From Bacillota bacterium (GTDB lineage Bacteria; Bacillota; Clostridia; Acetivibrionales; DTU013), in the NCBI GenBank assembly GCA_023439545.1, contig JAEXNT010000036.1:25958-89957 (forward strand): a DNA stretch of 64,000 bases, read 5' to 3'. Below are positions 46,520 to 57,124 of the stretch, piece by piece. How positions within the stretch are numbered: the stretch's first letter is position 1; every line of letters starts with the position of its first letter. Position numbers and translations under genes: made by a program. The notes under the pieces were generated by a model. That model was given only the letters and a program-made list of their open reading frames with translations, ran no database searches and had not been told where the DNA came from.

Positions 46520-49279
46520 TTATTTACTAACAAGTTCTATCTGGATCAGATTTTCAGCCTCTGCCTTTTGTTCAAAGAATGCCTTTGATAACTTGACAAA
46601 AGCGTTCTCCTCAAAGAAACAGTCTGCTTCCAAGCTTTTGCCATTGAACAGGACACGCCCCAACTTGTATTCGCCCCAATCCAGACCATCCTGATTCTTT
46701 ATAGCTAATGTTATCTTTTTCTCAAGATAAATGAAGTTTATCTTAATTTCCTTCTCACTCTTAAACTGATCTCTCACAAGCTTGGGGTAGATATTCAGAT
46801 CTCCCAGGTTTGGCTTCACACCGAACATCTCGGTGATTATACTGAAAATCAGCCAAGAGCCCGACCCTGTGAGGTAATTGTAACTGCCTCTTGCTGATTT
46901 GGAGTCAATAGATGCAGGTACCCCCGGGAAAATCCTGCTGACCTCGGAATTCATACAAAAGCCTGTTATGGTTGAAAACACTTCATACCCTTCCTTTACC
47001 AGGTCATTTGTATAAAGCCCGTTCATGTATTTCACAGCCATATGGTTATACTGTCCGCCGTTTTCCCTAGTCTTGAAGGCAAGGCCGAAGCCTCTTCCCA
47101 TAATATCAATCAGGCCATAGTCCTTGTGATCGGACCTTAAGATATATCCCCCGAAGTCATTGCGAAGGAATTTGTTAATGCTTTGATGTATTTCCCTTGC
47201 ACGCTTTTGGCCTGTAAGCCCAAGTACCATCAGATAAGCTTGAGGTGTAAGGCTTATATTGATGCCGCCTGAAGCATTAACTCCACCCAACCTCTCCATG
47301 GTATCAGTATAGTAAGCGTTATAGAATGAGAACTTGTCATCCACAGTAATATATTCTTGTTCATTGACAAGCTTAATAGCGAACTCCGCTTTCGCTTTCA
47401 AATCTGCAATTGCCTGCTGTATATCTAATTCAGCTAGGTTACCGGTTAAGCCCTTATCTAAAATATCGTAATAATGCTGCAGCCGACCCTGTTTCTGCCT
47501 GTAGTCTCCATAATCGATCTTGTTTTGTCCGGGAAGTGTATCAAATAAAGTTAACATCTCCTCATACACTTCGATAGTCTTTACTCCTGACCTGACGAGC
47601 TTTTCCAAGCATTCGCAGATGCCAAGGAGGTTTGCTGCATAAAAAGCTGAAAATTGTACCGTCTCACCGTTTTCCCTGGCCATGTCCATAGTATCGTCCC
47701 AGTCACCGGCTTCAAGAAGGGTAATATTATGTACTCCGACATTATAGAAGGAAGTAAGGTTTTGCACTAATAAATGTTCCAAAACAGTACCCATATAAAC
47801 AACATCGCTATTGGTTTTCTGCTTCAATCCATAGTCTGCTGTCCATGATCGGTCTGTTCCCTTGCCTCTTCTTGTAATATGATCTTTGAAGTAAAATGCT
47901 TTTTCGAACAGTATATCGAGATCTCCAGTCAGGTCCATGTAAAGCCTTGTAGTAAAATAAGGCCATACTCCATGATCGGACCAAGTGCGGCCAAGACCGC
48001 TTCTATGAGCAAATTCACCTGGATTGTCTCCCACCAGTGTCGCATTGGAACCATCAAGCTTGACCCCGTTGTAGTTGTTCATGATGTCCTTTTTGGTTCC
48101 ATAGGGATCTGCAATAATGATGGCAAGAAGATCCTGCCACAGCTCTCTCCAATACCTCTTCCCTGTACCATATCCATAGTCGGGAAGATAGCTACTGCCA
48201 AAAACCTTTCTCAAAAAGGGCTGGAAATTTACCCATTTTAAAAATTTATTCAATTCCTTGTCAGGAAACTCAAACTTGACCGAATCGACGTAGTCCTGCC
48301 AGAATTTCTTTGTTTCAGACAATGTTAAATCAAATTTTACGGAAGTATTGTACTTTTTTACCCAGTCTTCAATTAAATGTTCTTCTTCAGTGATACCTTC
48401 AATAATAATAAAGCTGTGAGTTTCGCCGGGATCAATCCTTACATTATCAAATTTGATTGCGCCAACAGCCTCTTCACCAGTCAGGTTCATTTCTTCAAAT
48501 TTCTGTGATGGCTTATTTGTGTAAACGGCTTCAGGAGCCTCCATAGATCCATTTTCACCAATGTAGTCGTACATTCTGCCAAAGCCCCCCGCTGCACGGG
48601 TTCCGTCGCCTTCATAACCTAATACGCAATAACGGGTAGGGTTTTGATATGCTCTTCTTTCGTCATGGATCATGATGGGATGCAGTATTATGCCATACTT
48701 ATTTGGCACAAGCCTGTTGCAAAGGGTACTTACATCTCTGTGGTCCCTAAGGTTTTCAGTTGTACGCCCATATAAGGCTACTGCATAGGATGAATTGAGT
48801 TCTATAAGTTCATTACCAAAATTGGTTACTTCCAACTTTATCAATTCAACAGGATCGTCGTTGGACGGAATAAAAACAGTCATCTCTGACTTCACCTTAT
48901 ACTCGGTATTAATCCTTTTTGTTTTGATCCAACCTATCCCTGCTTCTATTTCAACTTCGTCAGTATCTGTCCTCATTGCTGTCCTTAAATTGTTTTCAGC
49001 ACTAACACCCGTACATGACCAGACACCCTTATCCTTAATGTTGAGCCAAAAATTCCTTCCGTCTTTGGAATGATGCAGGTCTTCAGTGCTTTTAGGAATT
49101 GTAAGGTATTTATAGAAGTTTAAAAGGATATCCCCCTTCATCTCCGGAGTTAAATAGGATTTCAACTTGTTGTTACAAAGTGGAAGATACATCCTTGAGT
49201 TCTTGATCGGATTTTTTAAAATAAATGAGGCATCATCTTTTTCAGTAAATTGCCATCCATAGTCATACTTTTTTTGCAT
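46520..49279 (-). CDS. large cytosolic GH94-clan-like glycoside phosphorylase (COG3459-type); specificity unknown
   Basis: 919 aa with no signal peptide. The N-terminal region ([32 protein letters not shown]) resembles the cellobiose-phosphorylase-like N-domain. [14 protein letters not shown] resembles the DWND catalytic-acid motif of GH94-type phosphorylases. The family call is from memory of motifs only. Confidence 0.55.
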   Translation of the reverse strand: MQKKYDYGWQFTEKDDASFILKNPIKNSRMYLPLCNNKLKSYLTPEMKGDILLNFYKYLTIPKSTEDLHHSKDGRNFWLNIKDKGVWSCTGVSAENNLRTAMRTDTDEVEIEAGIGWIKTKRINTEYKVKSEMTVFIPSNDDPVELIKLEVTNFGNELIELNSSYAVALYGRTTENLRDHRDVSTLCNRLVPNKYGIILHPIMIHDERRAYQNPTRYCVLGYEGDGTRAAGGFGRMYDYIGENGSMEAPEAVYTNKPSQKFEEMNLTGEEAVGAIKFDNVRIDPGETHSFIIIEGITEEEHLIEDWVKKYNTSVKFDLTLSETKKFWQDYVDSVKFEFPDKELNKFLKWVNFQPFLRKVFGSSYLPDYGYGTGKRYWRELWQDLLAIIIADPYGTKKDIMNNYNGVKLDGSNATLVGDNPGEFAHRSGLGRTWSDHGVWPYFTTRLYMDLTGDLDILFEKAFYFKDHITRRGKGTDRSWTADYGLKQKTNSDVVYMGTVLEHLLVQNLTSFYNVGVHNITLLEAGDWDDTMDMARENGETVQFSAFYAANLLGICECLEKLVRSGVKTIEVYEEMLTLFDTLPGQNKIDYGDYRQKQGRLQHYYDILDKGLTGNLAELDIQQAIADLKAKAEFAIKLVNEQEYITVDDKFSFYNAYYTDTMERLGGVNASGGINISLTPQAYLMVLGLTGQKRAREIHQSINKFLRNDFGGYILRSDHKDYGLIDIMGRGFGLAFKTRENGGQYNHMAVKYMNGLYTNDLVKEGYEVFSTITGFCMNSEVSRIFPGVPASIDSKSARGSYNYLTGSGSWLIFSIITEMFGVKPNLGDLNIYPKLVRDQFKSEKEIKINFIYLEKKITLAIKNQDGLDWGEYKLGRVLFNGKSLEADCFFEENAFVKLSKAFFEQKAEAENLIQIELVSK

Positions 49280-49399
49280 CGTAATCCCTCCTACTGTTGT
49301 ATAAGTATTAATTTAATTCTGCACCATTCGATTATGGGACTAAATGGGGAGGTTTTCGTATTTAGTTTGTGATTTATAGGATTTATATTCCGTGTTGTA

Positions 49400-51541
49400 C
49401 TACAAATAAAACTTGCCAAGTTCATCATTAAGGTTCTGTGATAATTCCTTAAGTTGTCTGGTCATTTCATCCAGTTCATGAATGATTGCAAGTTGTTCTT
49501 GTGTAGATGCCGATACTTCTTCTGTAGCGGCCGCAGCCTCTTCTGACACTGTTGAACTCTTTTCAATGCTTGAAACAACTTGCACTTTTTGAACGCCCAT
49601 GGCACTCATTTCATCGGAAACTTGCTCCATATTGCCGTTTAAAATACCAATTGCTTCGTTTATCTTTGAGAACATATCTGAGGTATCTTTAACAGCTGAA
49701 TACTGATCTTTAATGACGATTTGGGCTCTCTCGACCAATTCGGCAGATAATTTGGTCTGATTTAATATCTGTTGGGCAAGAGTGTCTATTCCCTTGCTTG
49801 ATTCATGGGTCTGTTCAGCAAGTTTTCTTATCTCGTCCGCAATCACGGCAAACCCTTTTCCTGACTCTCCGGTGCGGGAAGTTTCAATCAAGGCGTTCAG
49901 CGACAAAAGTTTTGTTCGCTCCGAGATTGATTTCAGAATCTTTGTAATCTTATTGATATCTTTGACAAGAATGTTTAGCTGGCTTATATCTTCTACTACC
50001 TTTGTAGTGATTTCATTGGTTTCATACGCTTTTTTGTTTAAAACCGATGTTGTAATGATCCCTTCCCCGGCAATTTTCCCAACATGCTCCGAAACATTTC
50101 TCATCATTTGCACGGCTTGTATAGCTTTTTCAATTTCATCCGATAATTTTGATGCGGCACAAAAGCTTTTTTCAGCCTCATCTGCCTGTTCTATGGATCC
50201 GCTTGCTATTTCCGCTATCGCCGTTGTAACCTCAGACATTATACCGCTTGTCTTAGTACAGATTTGTGATATGTTATCACTTGATGTATTAACCTTGTCT
50301 GCCAAAGTCTTACTACCCGAAACCAGAGATCGTATTTGTGCAAGCATTGTGTTGAAGCTTTCAGCCAATGCACCGATTTCATCAGTTCTTCTAAGATACA
50401 AATTCGCCCTCAGGTCTCCTTTCGCGGCACGCCCCATGGCACCCATGAGCTTCTTCATAGGCAAAGTCAGTGATAAAGACACTAAAATACCTATTAAAAC
50501 CGTACAAACCCCACAAATAATTCCAAGAAAGATGACACGATTTCGGATACTCGATGTGACTGAAATTATTTCCTTTTCCGGGACAGCCGTTATGAACATC
50601 CACCCGGTTGTGGGTGATTTGCTGTAAGCTGCGATATAACTGGTTTCTCCCATCTTTTTTGTAAATACAAAGCTATCTTTCGTTTCAGCATATTTCACCG
50701 CTTCCTGTAAAATATTGTTATTCTCAACTCTTACTGATTTATCCAGCTCGCCTTCTTGGTTTATGACCTTGTTTGACTTTGTTACAATATAGCTTATAGA
50801 GTTGTTGCCCACCTGGACACTGCTAAGTATGTCTTTGAATGCAGCAGGTTTAATATCCAGTACAATGAGTCCCATAGCTTTATTATCAGTTGTAAGCTTA
50901 AAAGTCGAGAGATATGACAATATGTAATTGATATCATATTGGCTTGGAAGCTTTTCATTGTGTTCTTCAATCCAGATACCCTTACTGCTTTTTATTGCCT
51001 CCTGGAACCATTTAGCCGTATTGATTTCCATCTCTTTACTCAAGGAGGTCGGATAACATATAGCATCACCGGTATCTTTAATTAGAGCTATGCTGCTGAA
51101 GGTATCGGAAAACGCCGACGAAAGATCAGATACTGTTCGTTTGGCATTCGTCAGATTATTTGTCTCTTCTTCAATGCTTTGGTGCTCTCTGACCTTAAAA
51201 AAATCCGCAACCCCCAATCCATATCTGACCTGCATGGCATACCCATTCTGAAATTGATTGAGCGTATCTTCGAAATAATTCTCTGTTTGCAAAGTTGAAT
51301 TCAACAAACTTTCTTTTGCTTTTTTTATGAGGCTTGCAGAAGATGTATTAATAGATATATATCCGATAATCATAATAGGGATAATTATGAGTATCAAAAA
51401 TGTTGCGACAAGTTTGGCAAGTAATCCTTTAAGATTATCAATTCTTAGTATGTCCGTTACGATTTGTTTTTTAGTGCGGTGACCTACTTGATTCTTTTTT
51501 GAAACTAAATTTTTTTTGATCAAAAGATTACATCCTTTCAT
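49400..51541 (-). CDS. transmembrane methyl-accepting chemotaxis protein (Cache-like sensor, HAMP, MA domain)
   Basis: TM1 LVATFLILIIIPIMIIGYI, about 290 aa extracellular, then TM2, HAMP (PMKKLMGAMGRAAKGDLRANL...DEIGALAESFNTM) and the MA core LLSLNALIETSRTGESGKGFAVIADEIRKLAEQT. Confidence 0.85.
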   Translation of the reverse strand: MKGCNLLIKKNLVSKKNQVGHRTKKQIVTDILRIDNLKGLLAKLVATFLILIIIPIMIIGYISINTSSASLIKKAKESLLNSTLQTENYFEDTLNQFQNGYAMQVRYGLGVADFFKVREHQSIEEETNNLTNAKRTVSDLSSAFSDTFSSIALIKDTGDAICYPTSLSKEMEINTAKWFQEAIKSSKGIWIEEHNEKLPSQYDINYILSYLSTFKLTTDNKAMGLIVLDIKPAAFKDILSSVQVGNNSISYIVTKSNKVINQEGELDKSVRVENNNILQEAVKYAETKDSFVFTKKMGETSYIAAYSKSPTTGWMFITAVPEKEIISVTSSIRNRVIFLGIICGVCTVLIGILVSLSLTLPMKKLMGAMGRAAKGDLRANLYLRRTDEIGALAESFNTMLAQIRSLVSGSKTLADKVNTSSDNISQICTKTSGIMSEVTTAIAEIASGSIEQADEAEKSFCAASKLSDEIEKAIQAVQMMRNVSEHVGKIAGEGIITTSVLNKKAYETNEITTKVVEDISQLNILVKDINKITKILKSISERTKLLSLNALIETSRTGESGKGFAVIADEIRKLAEQTHESSKGIDTLAQQILNQTKLSAELVERAQIVIKDQYSAVKDTSDMFSKINEAIGILNGNMEQVSDEMSAMGVQKVQVVSSIEKSSTVSEEAAAATEEVSASTQEQLAIIHELDEMTRQLKELSQNLNDELGKFYL

Positions 51542-51566
51542 GCCTGAAGCACCTCCTATTAGGCTC

Positions 51567-53690
51567 TTATAAATCCTCCTTCCAGTCTACTTCGCATACT
51601 GCATTCGAATTATTTCCAGCAACCTCTGCATATACGTAGTATGGTTTAATTACACTTTCATCAACCGGCTGGTATCGTATTGAATACTCCTTAGTTTCTC
51701 CGCTCTCTAATACATCCTTCAACTCAATCTCAGACAACCTGACTGCAATCGACCTTAAATACACCTGAATATCTGTTTTGTCTTTCCCCTTGTTTAATAC
51801 CCTTAAAATGCATTTCCGGTTTTTATGGTCTATGCACAAAAATGCCTCAATAAAGTCGGAAAAATCTACAATCAATGATTTCCTGTATCCGGAAAGCGTT
51901 GTGATATCATATTCGATACAAAATTCATTCCAGTTCAAAATTACCGTACCTTTTTTTAAAACTGGCAGTTCACTTATACTCAACCTTCCTCTTGTATCTG
52001 TTCTGTAGGTATATTCTTCAGGAATACGCAAAGTTGCTTCTGCTTGTACGGGTTTCCCCCTGTACTGGGTTTTTATTTTGAGGAGGAAGGGTTTTTCGGT
52101 TAAACTCAACCCATTCAACCAACCTCCATTATGGACAATCCAATCTTCGGTGTTCAAGTACGCAGGTCCGTCTACAGAATCATCCAGATGCTCCAGCTTA
52201 AACTGGGGATTGGCACAAAAACCGTTGCTTATCGACCCTTCGATATTCGTCCATGATTTGGAAAAGTTTTGCCCGACGCCGTTGATGAAACTGACTCCTT
52301 CATAAGAACCCGTGCTGGTTTCTTTACCGGCATTGAGTCCTGCAACCCACTGCATATTTTGTCCTGCGAGTACTTCAAATTCCCGGTCTTCAAACAGATG
52401 CGAAAGCAGCATGGATGTCCGCGCTATTCTTCCATACATACCGTTGAACCCATGCCAACTAGGCCCGAAAAACCTGACTTCTCCTTCAAATAATCCCAGT
52501 GGGTAAATACCGAAGGGTGTCAACAATGAAGTGGGCTTAAGATAGCCGTAAGCATATTGCCTGATAGTATATCTCCAATGAAGCCAATACTCCGCTTCCG
52601 GAAACATAGCCAAGAGATTCATAAATCCATTTAACTCATCTGGAAAAATAGTACCGCAGTTATACCCCCAGCCCACATGCTCCCAGGACTTTTGATGGAT
52701 CCCGCTGTTCTCCCATGCATAGAAATTGCCATATATATCGTTTTTACTGCCGGAATAGTCAAGATCCTGATAGTTATCACAGATTTCCGCAGCATATCGG
52801 ATTGCTTCAATTTTATACTTAACATCATTTGTGTTTTTGTAAAGCTCAGTTCCTGCCCACACAACAAGTAGTTTATCCCTACATCTGAGGCCCCTAGGGG
52901 GAACCCAGGGACTGTACTTGCCGAAAATTTTTCTTGTTTCTCCAATCTCTTGCAGCAGTTCCTCCCTGGAATACTGTATGTTGTCGTTACAATAGTTCCA
53001 ACCTTTTTTTGCTGCATCTAGATATTTAACATTATCTGTGATTTCATAGGTCCTAGCCAACGCAATTGTTGCCATCATGCCAAGTATCCAGCTCTTCTTG
53101 TCCTGTACGGAGTAGTATTCGTTAACAAAATAGCCCTCATCCCGTTGGCATAAAACCAGATAATCCGCTCCGCGGTGAATATGTTCTTTGAATCTCCTTT
53201 TTAGTTCATTATCCAAAGAATTGACCGATGCTTCATAATAATCAATCAATCCCAACAATTGCGCTGCATGCCCTTCCACAGCCCTGAGATCACTTCCGCA
53301 ATCCTGCCATCCGTATTTATCCCCTGCTTTTGCGTCAAGCTGTCCAACAGAAGTCTTTATCAACGTTTGTTCAGTAAATAAATCTCTCTTTATTCTGAAC
53401 TTGGAAGATTTCAGATTCATGGGCTGAAGTTCAAGATAAAATTCGCCTTCATTCTTACATTCGCTAAAATCTATTACCCAAAAGTGTATGCCCCACTTTT
53501 CTCCCCAGTAAGACACATCTTTAACGACAAAGCGAGAAGTTTCATTATTATCACTTATAAGGCTTATTTCCCCAACTTTAATAACTTCATCTCTAAAATT
53601 GCTACATCGAATTATACCGATCTTTTTATCTTCAGGCCTATATCCGATTTGTGATACTATGATAGAAAGTAAAGCCTCTTTCATCGCCAA
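51567..53690 (-). CDS. cytosolic GH9-like (alpha/alpha)6 protein with an N-terminal Ig-like domain (tentative)
   Basis: The N-terminal VSQIGYRPEDKK resembles the GH9 CelD_N start. YGWQDCGSD sits where GH9 has GGWxDAGD. There is no signal peptide. Confidence 0.45.
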   Translation of the reverse strand: MAMKEALLSIIVSQIGYRPEDKKIGIIRCSNFRDEVIKVGEISLISDNNETSRFVVKDVSYWGEKWGIHFWVIDFSECKNEGEFYLELQPMNLKSSKFRIKRDLFTEQTLIKTSVGQLDAKAGDKYGWQDCGSDLRAVEGHAAQLLGLIDYYEASVNSLDNELKRRFKEHIHRGADYLVLCQRDEGYFVNEYYSVQDKKSWILGMMATIALARTYEITDNVKYLDAAKKGWNYCNDNIQYSREELLQEIGETRKIFGKYSPWVPPRGLRCRDKLLVVWAGTELYKNTNDVKYKIEAIRYAAEICDNYQDLDYSGSKNDIYGNFYAWENSGIHQKSWEHVGWGYNCGTIFPDELNGFMNLLAMFPEAEYWLHWRYTIRQYAYGYLKPTSLLTPFGIYPLGLFEGEVRFFGPSWHGFNGMYGRIARTSMLLSHLFEDREFEVLAGQNMQWVAGLNAGKETSTGSYEGVSFINGVGQNFSKSWTNIEGSISNGFCANPQFKLEHLDDSVDGPAYLNTEDWIVHNGGWLNGLSLTEKPFLLKIKTQYRGKPVQAEATLRIPEEYTYRTDTRGRLSISELPVLKKGTVILNWNEFCIEYDITTLSGYRKSLIVDFSDFIEAFLCIDHKNRKCILRVLNKGKDKTDIQVYLRSIAVRLSEIELKDVLESGETKEYSIRYQPVDESVIKPYYVYAEVAGNNSNAVCEVDWKEDL

Positions 53691-53714
53691 TCCCTCTTTA
53701 GTCTAAAATTGAGT

Positions 53715-54554
53715 TTATCCTTTTATTCCAGCCATTTTAATGCCTTGAACAATCTTATTCTGTAAAACTATGAATATAATAATAGTTGGAATGCATGCAA
53801 CGACGGCGGCTGCCATAATAAGATGCCAACTCACCACGTATTGTCCCTTGAACTGTACAATTCCCAATTGTATTACCCGCATTAGCGGTGAGTTTGTTAT
53901 TAGCAGCGGCCATAAGAAGCGATCCCAGTTACTGATGAAAAAAATGATTGCCAGAGCAGATAAAATAGATTTTGATGTAGGCATAGCTATTCTGAAAAAC
54001 ACAATAAGCGGACCGCATCCATCAATTGTAGCAGCTTCTTTCAGTTCTTTAGGAAAAGTAAGATAAAACTGCCTCAAGAGGAAAATCCCAAAAGCATGCG
54101 GAATCCAAGGAATAATTAAGCCCAAATATGAATCCAGCCAACCAAGCATCTTGCACAGCATGAAAAGTGGAACCATAATAGAGTAAAATGGTATCATCAT
54201 AGTACTTAGAATGCCAATAAAAACGCCTCCCCTCCCGGGAAACTGCATGGCACCGAGCGCATATCCAGCCATTGAATGAAAAATCAGCGCAAAGATCGTG
54301 ACTGAACTGGCAACAATAAATGAGTTCAACATATACCTCGCAAACGGAATATCTGTAAATACCTGAGTAAAATTTTCAAGATGGAATGTACTTGGGATCA
54401 ATGCAGGTGGATATTGCAAGACTAGATCACTGGATTTGAAAGAAGCAGATAACATCCAAATAATCGGGAAGAGAAACACAATACTTCCAAAAATAAGAAC
54501 TAATCTGAATAGGCCATTTTTCAACGCTTTATTTGAATTTAGATAATTATTCAT
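53715..54554 (-). CDS. carbohydrate ABC permease (MalG/BPD_transp_1 type)
   Basis: 6 TM segments and an EAA-loop-like KELKEAATIDGCGPLIVFFRIAMP. Confidence 0.9.
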   Translation of the reverse strand: MNNYLNSNKALKNGLFRLVLIFGSIVFLFPIIWMLSASFKSSDLVLQYPPALIPSTFHLENFTQVFTDIPFARYMLNSFIVASSVTIFALIFHSMAGYALGAMQFPGRGGVFIGILSTMMIPFYSIMVPLFMLCKMLGWLDSYLGLIIPWIPHAFGIFLLRQFYLTFPKELKEAATIDGCGPLIVFFRIAMPTSKSILSALAIIFFISNWDRFLWPLLITNSPLMRVIQLGIVQFKGQYVVSWHLIMAAAVVACIPTIIIFIVLQNKIVQGIKMAGIKG

Positions 54555-55437
54555 AGCTTCCTCCTTTAAACAGCTTTAACTGAAAGAGGGATACCAACAT
54601 AATCACACTGAACAACACTACCGAAGCTGCTGATGCTGCCCCCATTTTCATAAACTTAAATGCCTTCTCGTAAATATAGAAAACTTGCACATAAGTTGAA
54701 TAATCCGGTCCGCCCCGAGTCAGGACATAAACCTGGTCGAAATCCTGAAGCGCTGATATCATGTTGACGATAACAACAAAGATTATTACCGGCTTCAATA
54801 ATGGCAGTGTAATATTTAAAAACTTTTGCACAGAATTAGCACCGTCAATAACAGCTGCTTCATAATACTCTTGTGAAATATCACTCAGCCCTGCGAGATA
54901 TATAATCATATAATATCCCATCTGCTTCCAAACAGAGACAACGACAACTGAAAGGAGCGCTTGGTCCGCCGAACCAAGCCATGGTTGTGCCGGAATACCA
55001 AAAAAGCCGAGGATATAGTTAAGAACTCCGTACGATGGTTCAAATATAAACTGCCATACAACTGCCGCAACAATAATGGGCATTACGATAGGGAAAAAAT
55101 ATAGAGTCCTATAAATCTTTATTTCAGGAAGCTTAATATTTGTCATTATCGCCAGAAGTAATGAGCCAATGACTATAGATGGAACATACATGACAATATA
55201 TTTCAAAGTAACTCCAAATGATTTAAACCATGTCGGATCACTGAACATGCTTAAGTAATTTTCAGCGCCAACAAATATCTTTTCCCCGACACCAGACCAG
55301 GAAAAAAAACTTAAATATATAGTAAATAGCATGGGGCCAATGTAGATTAACAACAGTCCCAAAATATCTGGCGCCAAAAGAATATAAGCTGCCAATGTCT
55401 CTTGCGACTTTACAGTTTTCAATATTCTTCTTTCCAT
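54547..55437 (-). CDS. carbohydrate ABC permease (MalF/UgpA type)
   Basis: 6 TM segments and an EAA loop EYYEAAVIDGANSVQKFLNITLP. It overlaps the next permease gene by 8 nt. Confidence 0.9.
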   Translation of the reverse strand: MERRILKTVKSQETLAAYILLAPDILGLLLIYIGPMLFTIYLSFFSWSGVGEKIFVGAENYLSMFSDPTWFKSFGVTLKYIVMYVPSIVIGSLLLAIMTNIKLPEIKIYRTLYFFPIVMPIIVAAVVWQFIFEPSYGVLNYILGFFGIPAQPWLGSADQALLSVVVVSVWKQMGYYMIIYLAGLSDISQEYYEAAVIDGANSVQKFLNITLPLLKPVIIFVVIVNMISALQDFDQVYVLTRGGPDYSTYVQVFYIYEKAFKFMKMGAASAASVVLFSVIMLVSLFQLKLFKGGSYE

Positions 55438-55516
55438 TGATTATAGAATCCCTTTCTAATTATTTAGGCAGGAGGGGGAACTCCCCCCCTGCTTAACTCC
55501 CAATTTCAATTATTTA

Positions 55517-56881
55517 CTATTTCAGGAGCTTCCTTATTTTGTCTCCAATGGGGCTAGAAAGGTAGTCATTTATTGTTTTCGCAGCTTTATCTGCAGCTTG
55601 TTGAGCGGTAATGTTTCCAAACATTACGCCCTGAATGGCATCAGTGACAGCTGTGACTATCTCTGGTGGATATGCAGGTTCAGGTCTAGTGTTAGGCCAA
55701 ATATTTTTAATGAAATATGGGTGTGGGTCCTGTTTATAGTAATCAGTATTGACTGCTGTATCCATTACCGACTTTCTTGGTGACAAGTAAGTTCCTGGAG
55801 GCATCATAAGGTCAAGTGCATTTTGTTTATCCTTTCCGAGTAGCCAGACTGCAAATTCCTTTGCCTCTTTCGGGTTCTTGGTGCTTGCATTTACGACACT
55901 GAACCATCCGCCATATGCTGCTACAGATTTACCATCCTTTGTTGCAGCAGGAACTGGGCATACACCTATCTCAAAATTAGGATAGTTCTGTTTGAAGTTA
56001 TCTACCACCCAATGCCCAAGCATGGCCATACCGGCTTTGCCTTGAGCTACATCGGCATCAAAGGGTGCTCCTCCTTTTGGCGAAGCCAAACCCTTTTTGA
56101 CAAGATCTCCCCAGAGTTGAAGCGCTTTCACCCCTTCGGGTTCGTTAATCCTAGCCTTGGTCCAGTCAGCATTTACAACATCACCGCCCGCAGACCAGAG
56201 GTATGAATACCATATGAAATTTTCAAAAACGTCCGGATTAGTCGGCAAAATGATGCCCCATCTGCTGTTTGTTTTCAGTTTTGCTGCAGTTTCGATCAAT
56301 TCATCCCAGGTTGCTGGAGGATTCAAACCTTTCTCTTTGAACAACTTTTTATCGTAGATAATGCTTTGTACTCCCATTTCATGAGGAACACCAAAAATTT
56401 TGGATCCTACAGTTACTGACTTTAAAGCATTAGGAGAAAAGTCTGCTCGAAGGTCTTCGGTAAATGCATCATTTAGAGGCATAATAAGATCATTAGTGAC
56501 AAATTTCATGAAATCTCCGGCACTCAGCCAAAAAACATCCGGACCCGTACCAGCCGCAAGACTGGCTGTAAGTTTTTCGCCTAAATACTGATCAAAGGGC
56601 TGGGTTTCGAAAACAACCTTCGTGGTTGCACTCTGGCTGTTAAACTTATCTACAAGAGACGTTAGCGTTTTTTGTTCGTTTTCATCCTGATACTTCCAGA
56701 ACTTGATTGTAATCTTTTCAGTCGGTGCCTGAGTGTCCTTCTGTGTATTATCTGCTGCCTGTGACTTTTTTGCATCCTTGGTATCATTCTGTGTCCCGGC
56801 ATTGCCACAACCAACCATAACAGAAGTTAAAAGAGTAAATGTGATAATAAGACTAATGACTTTAATGAACTTACTTTTCAT
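55517..56881 (-). CDS. extracellular solute-binding lipoprotein (family 1) of the carbohydrate ABC transporter
   Basis: Lipobox LLTSVMVGCG followed by a low-complexity linker. The fold is typical of SBP_bac_1. Confidence 0.9.
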   Translation of the reverse strand: MKSKFIKVISLIITFTLLTSVMVGCGNAGTQNDTKDAKKSQAADNTQKDTQAPTEKITIKFWKYQDENEQKTLTSLVDKFNSQSATTKVVFETQPFDQYLGEKLTASLAAGTGPDVFWLSAGDFMKFVTNDLIMPLNDAFTEDLRADFSPNALKSVTVGSKIFGVPHEMGVQSIIYDKKLFKEKGLNPPATWDELIETAAKLKTNSRWGIILPTNPDVFENFIWYSYLWSAGGDVVNADWTKARINEPEGVKALQLWGDLVKKGLASPKGGAPFDADVAQGKAGMAMLGHWVVDNFKQNYPNFEIGVCPVPAATKDGKSVAAYGGWFSVVNASTKNPKEAKEFAVWLLGKDKQNALDLMMPPGTYLSPRKSVMDTAVNTDYYKQDPHPYFIKNIWPNTRPEPAYPPEIVTAVTDAIQGVMFGNITAQQAADKAAKTINDYLSSPIGDKIRKLLK

Positions 56882-57124
56882 TTATTTACCTCCCTAATAA
56901 CCTGGTTTTATTTAGACCAAAATTTTCAATGCTGCAGCCTTGTCAAGATTGATTCTGTAATCATTGTAGGATAGGCTGTCACGACAAACAATTCTAAATA
57001 TTCTTCATTTTGTGGATTTTTTTGATATTAAGTTAAAAGTCCACTATTTCTTCAAATTTTCTACCTTTTCACTGATATACAAAGTTTATATAATATTGAT
57101 AAAGGAAGGATTTGATGTTTACCG

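Noticed and set aside
49782-50627. 281-aa + strand ORF
   Set aside because: It is antisense to the transmembrane MCP gene, and its Ser/Ile-rich translation has no motif.
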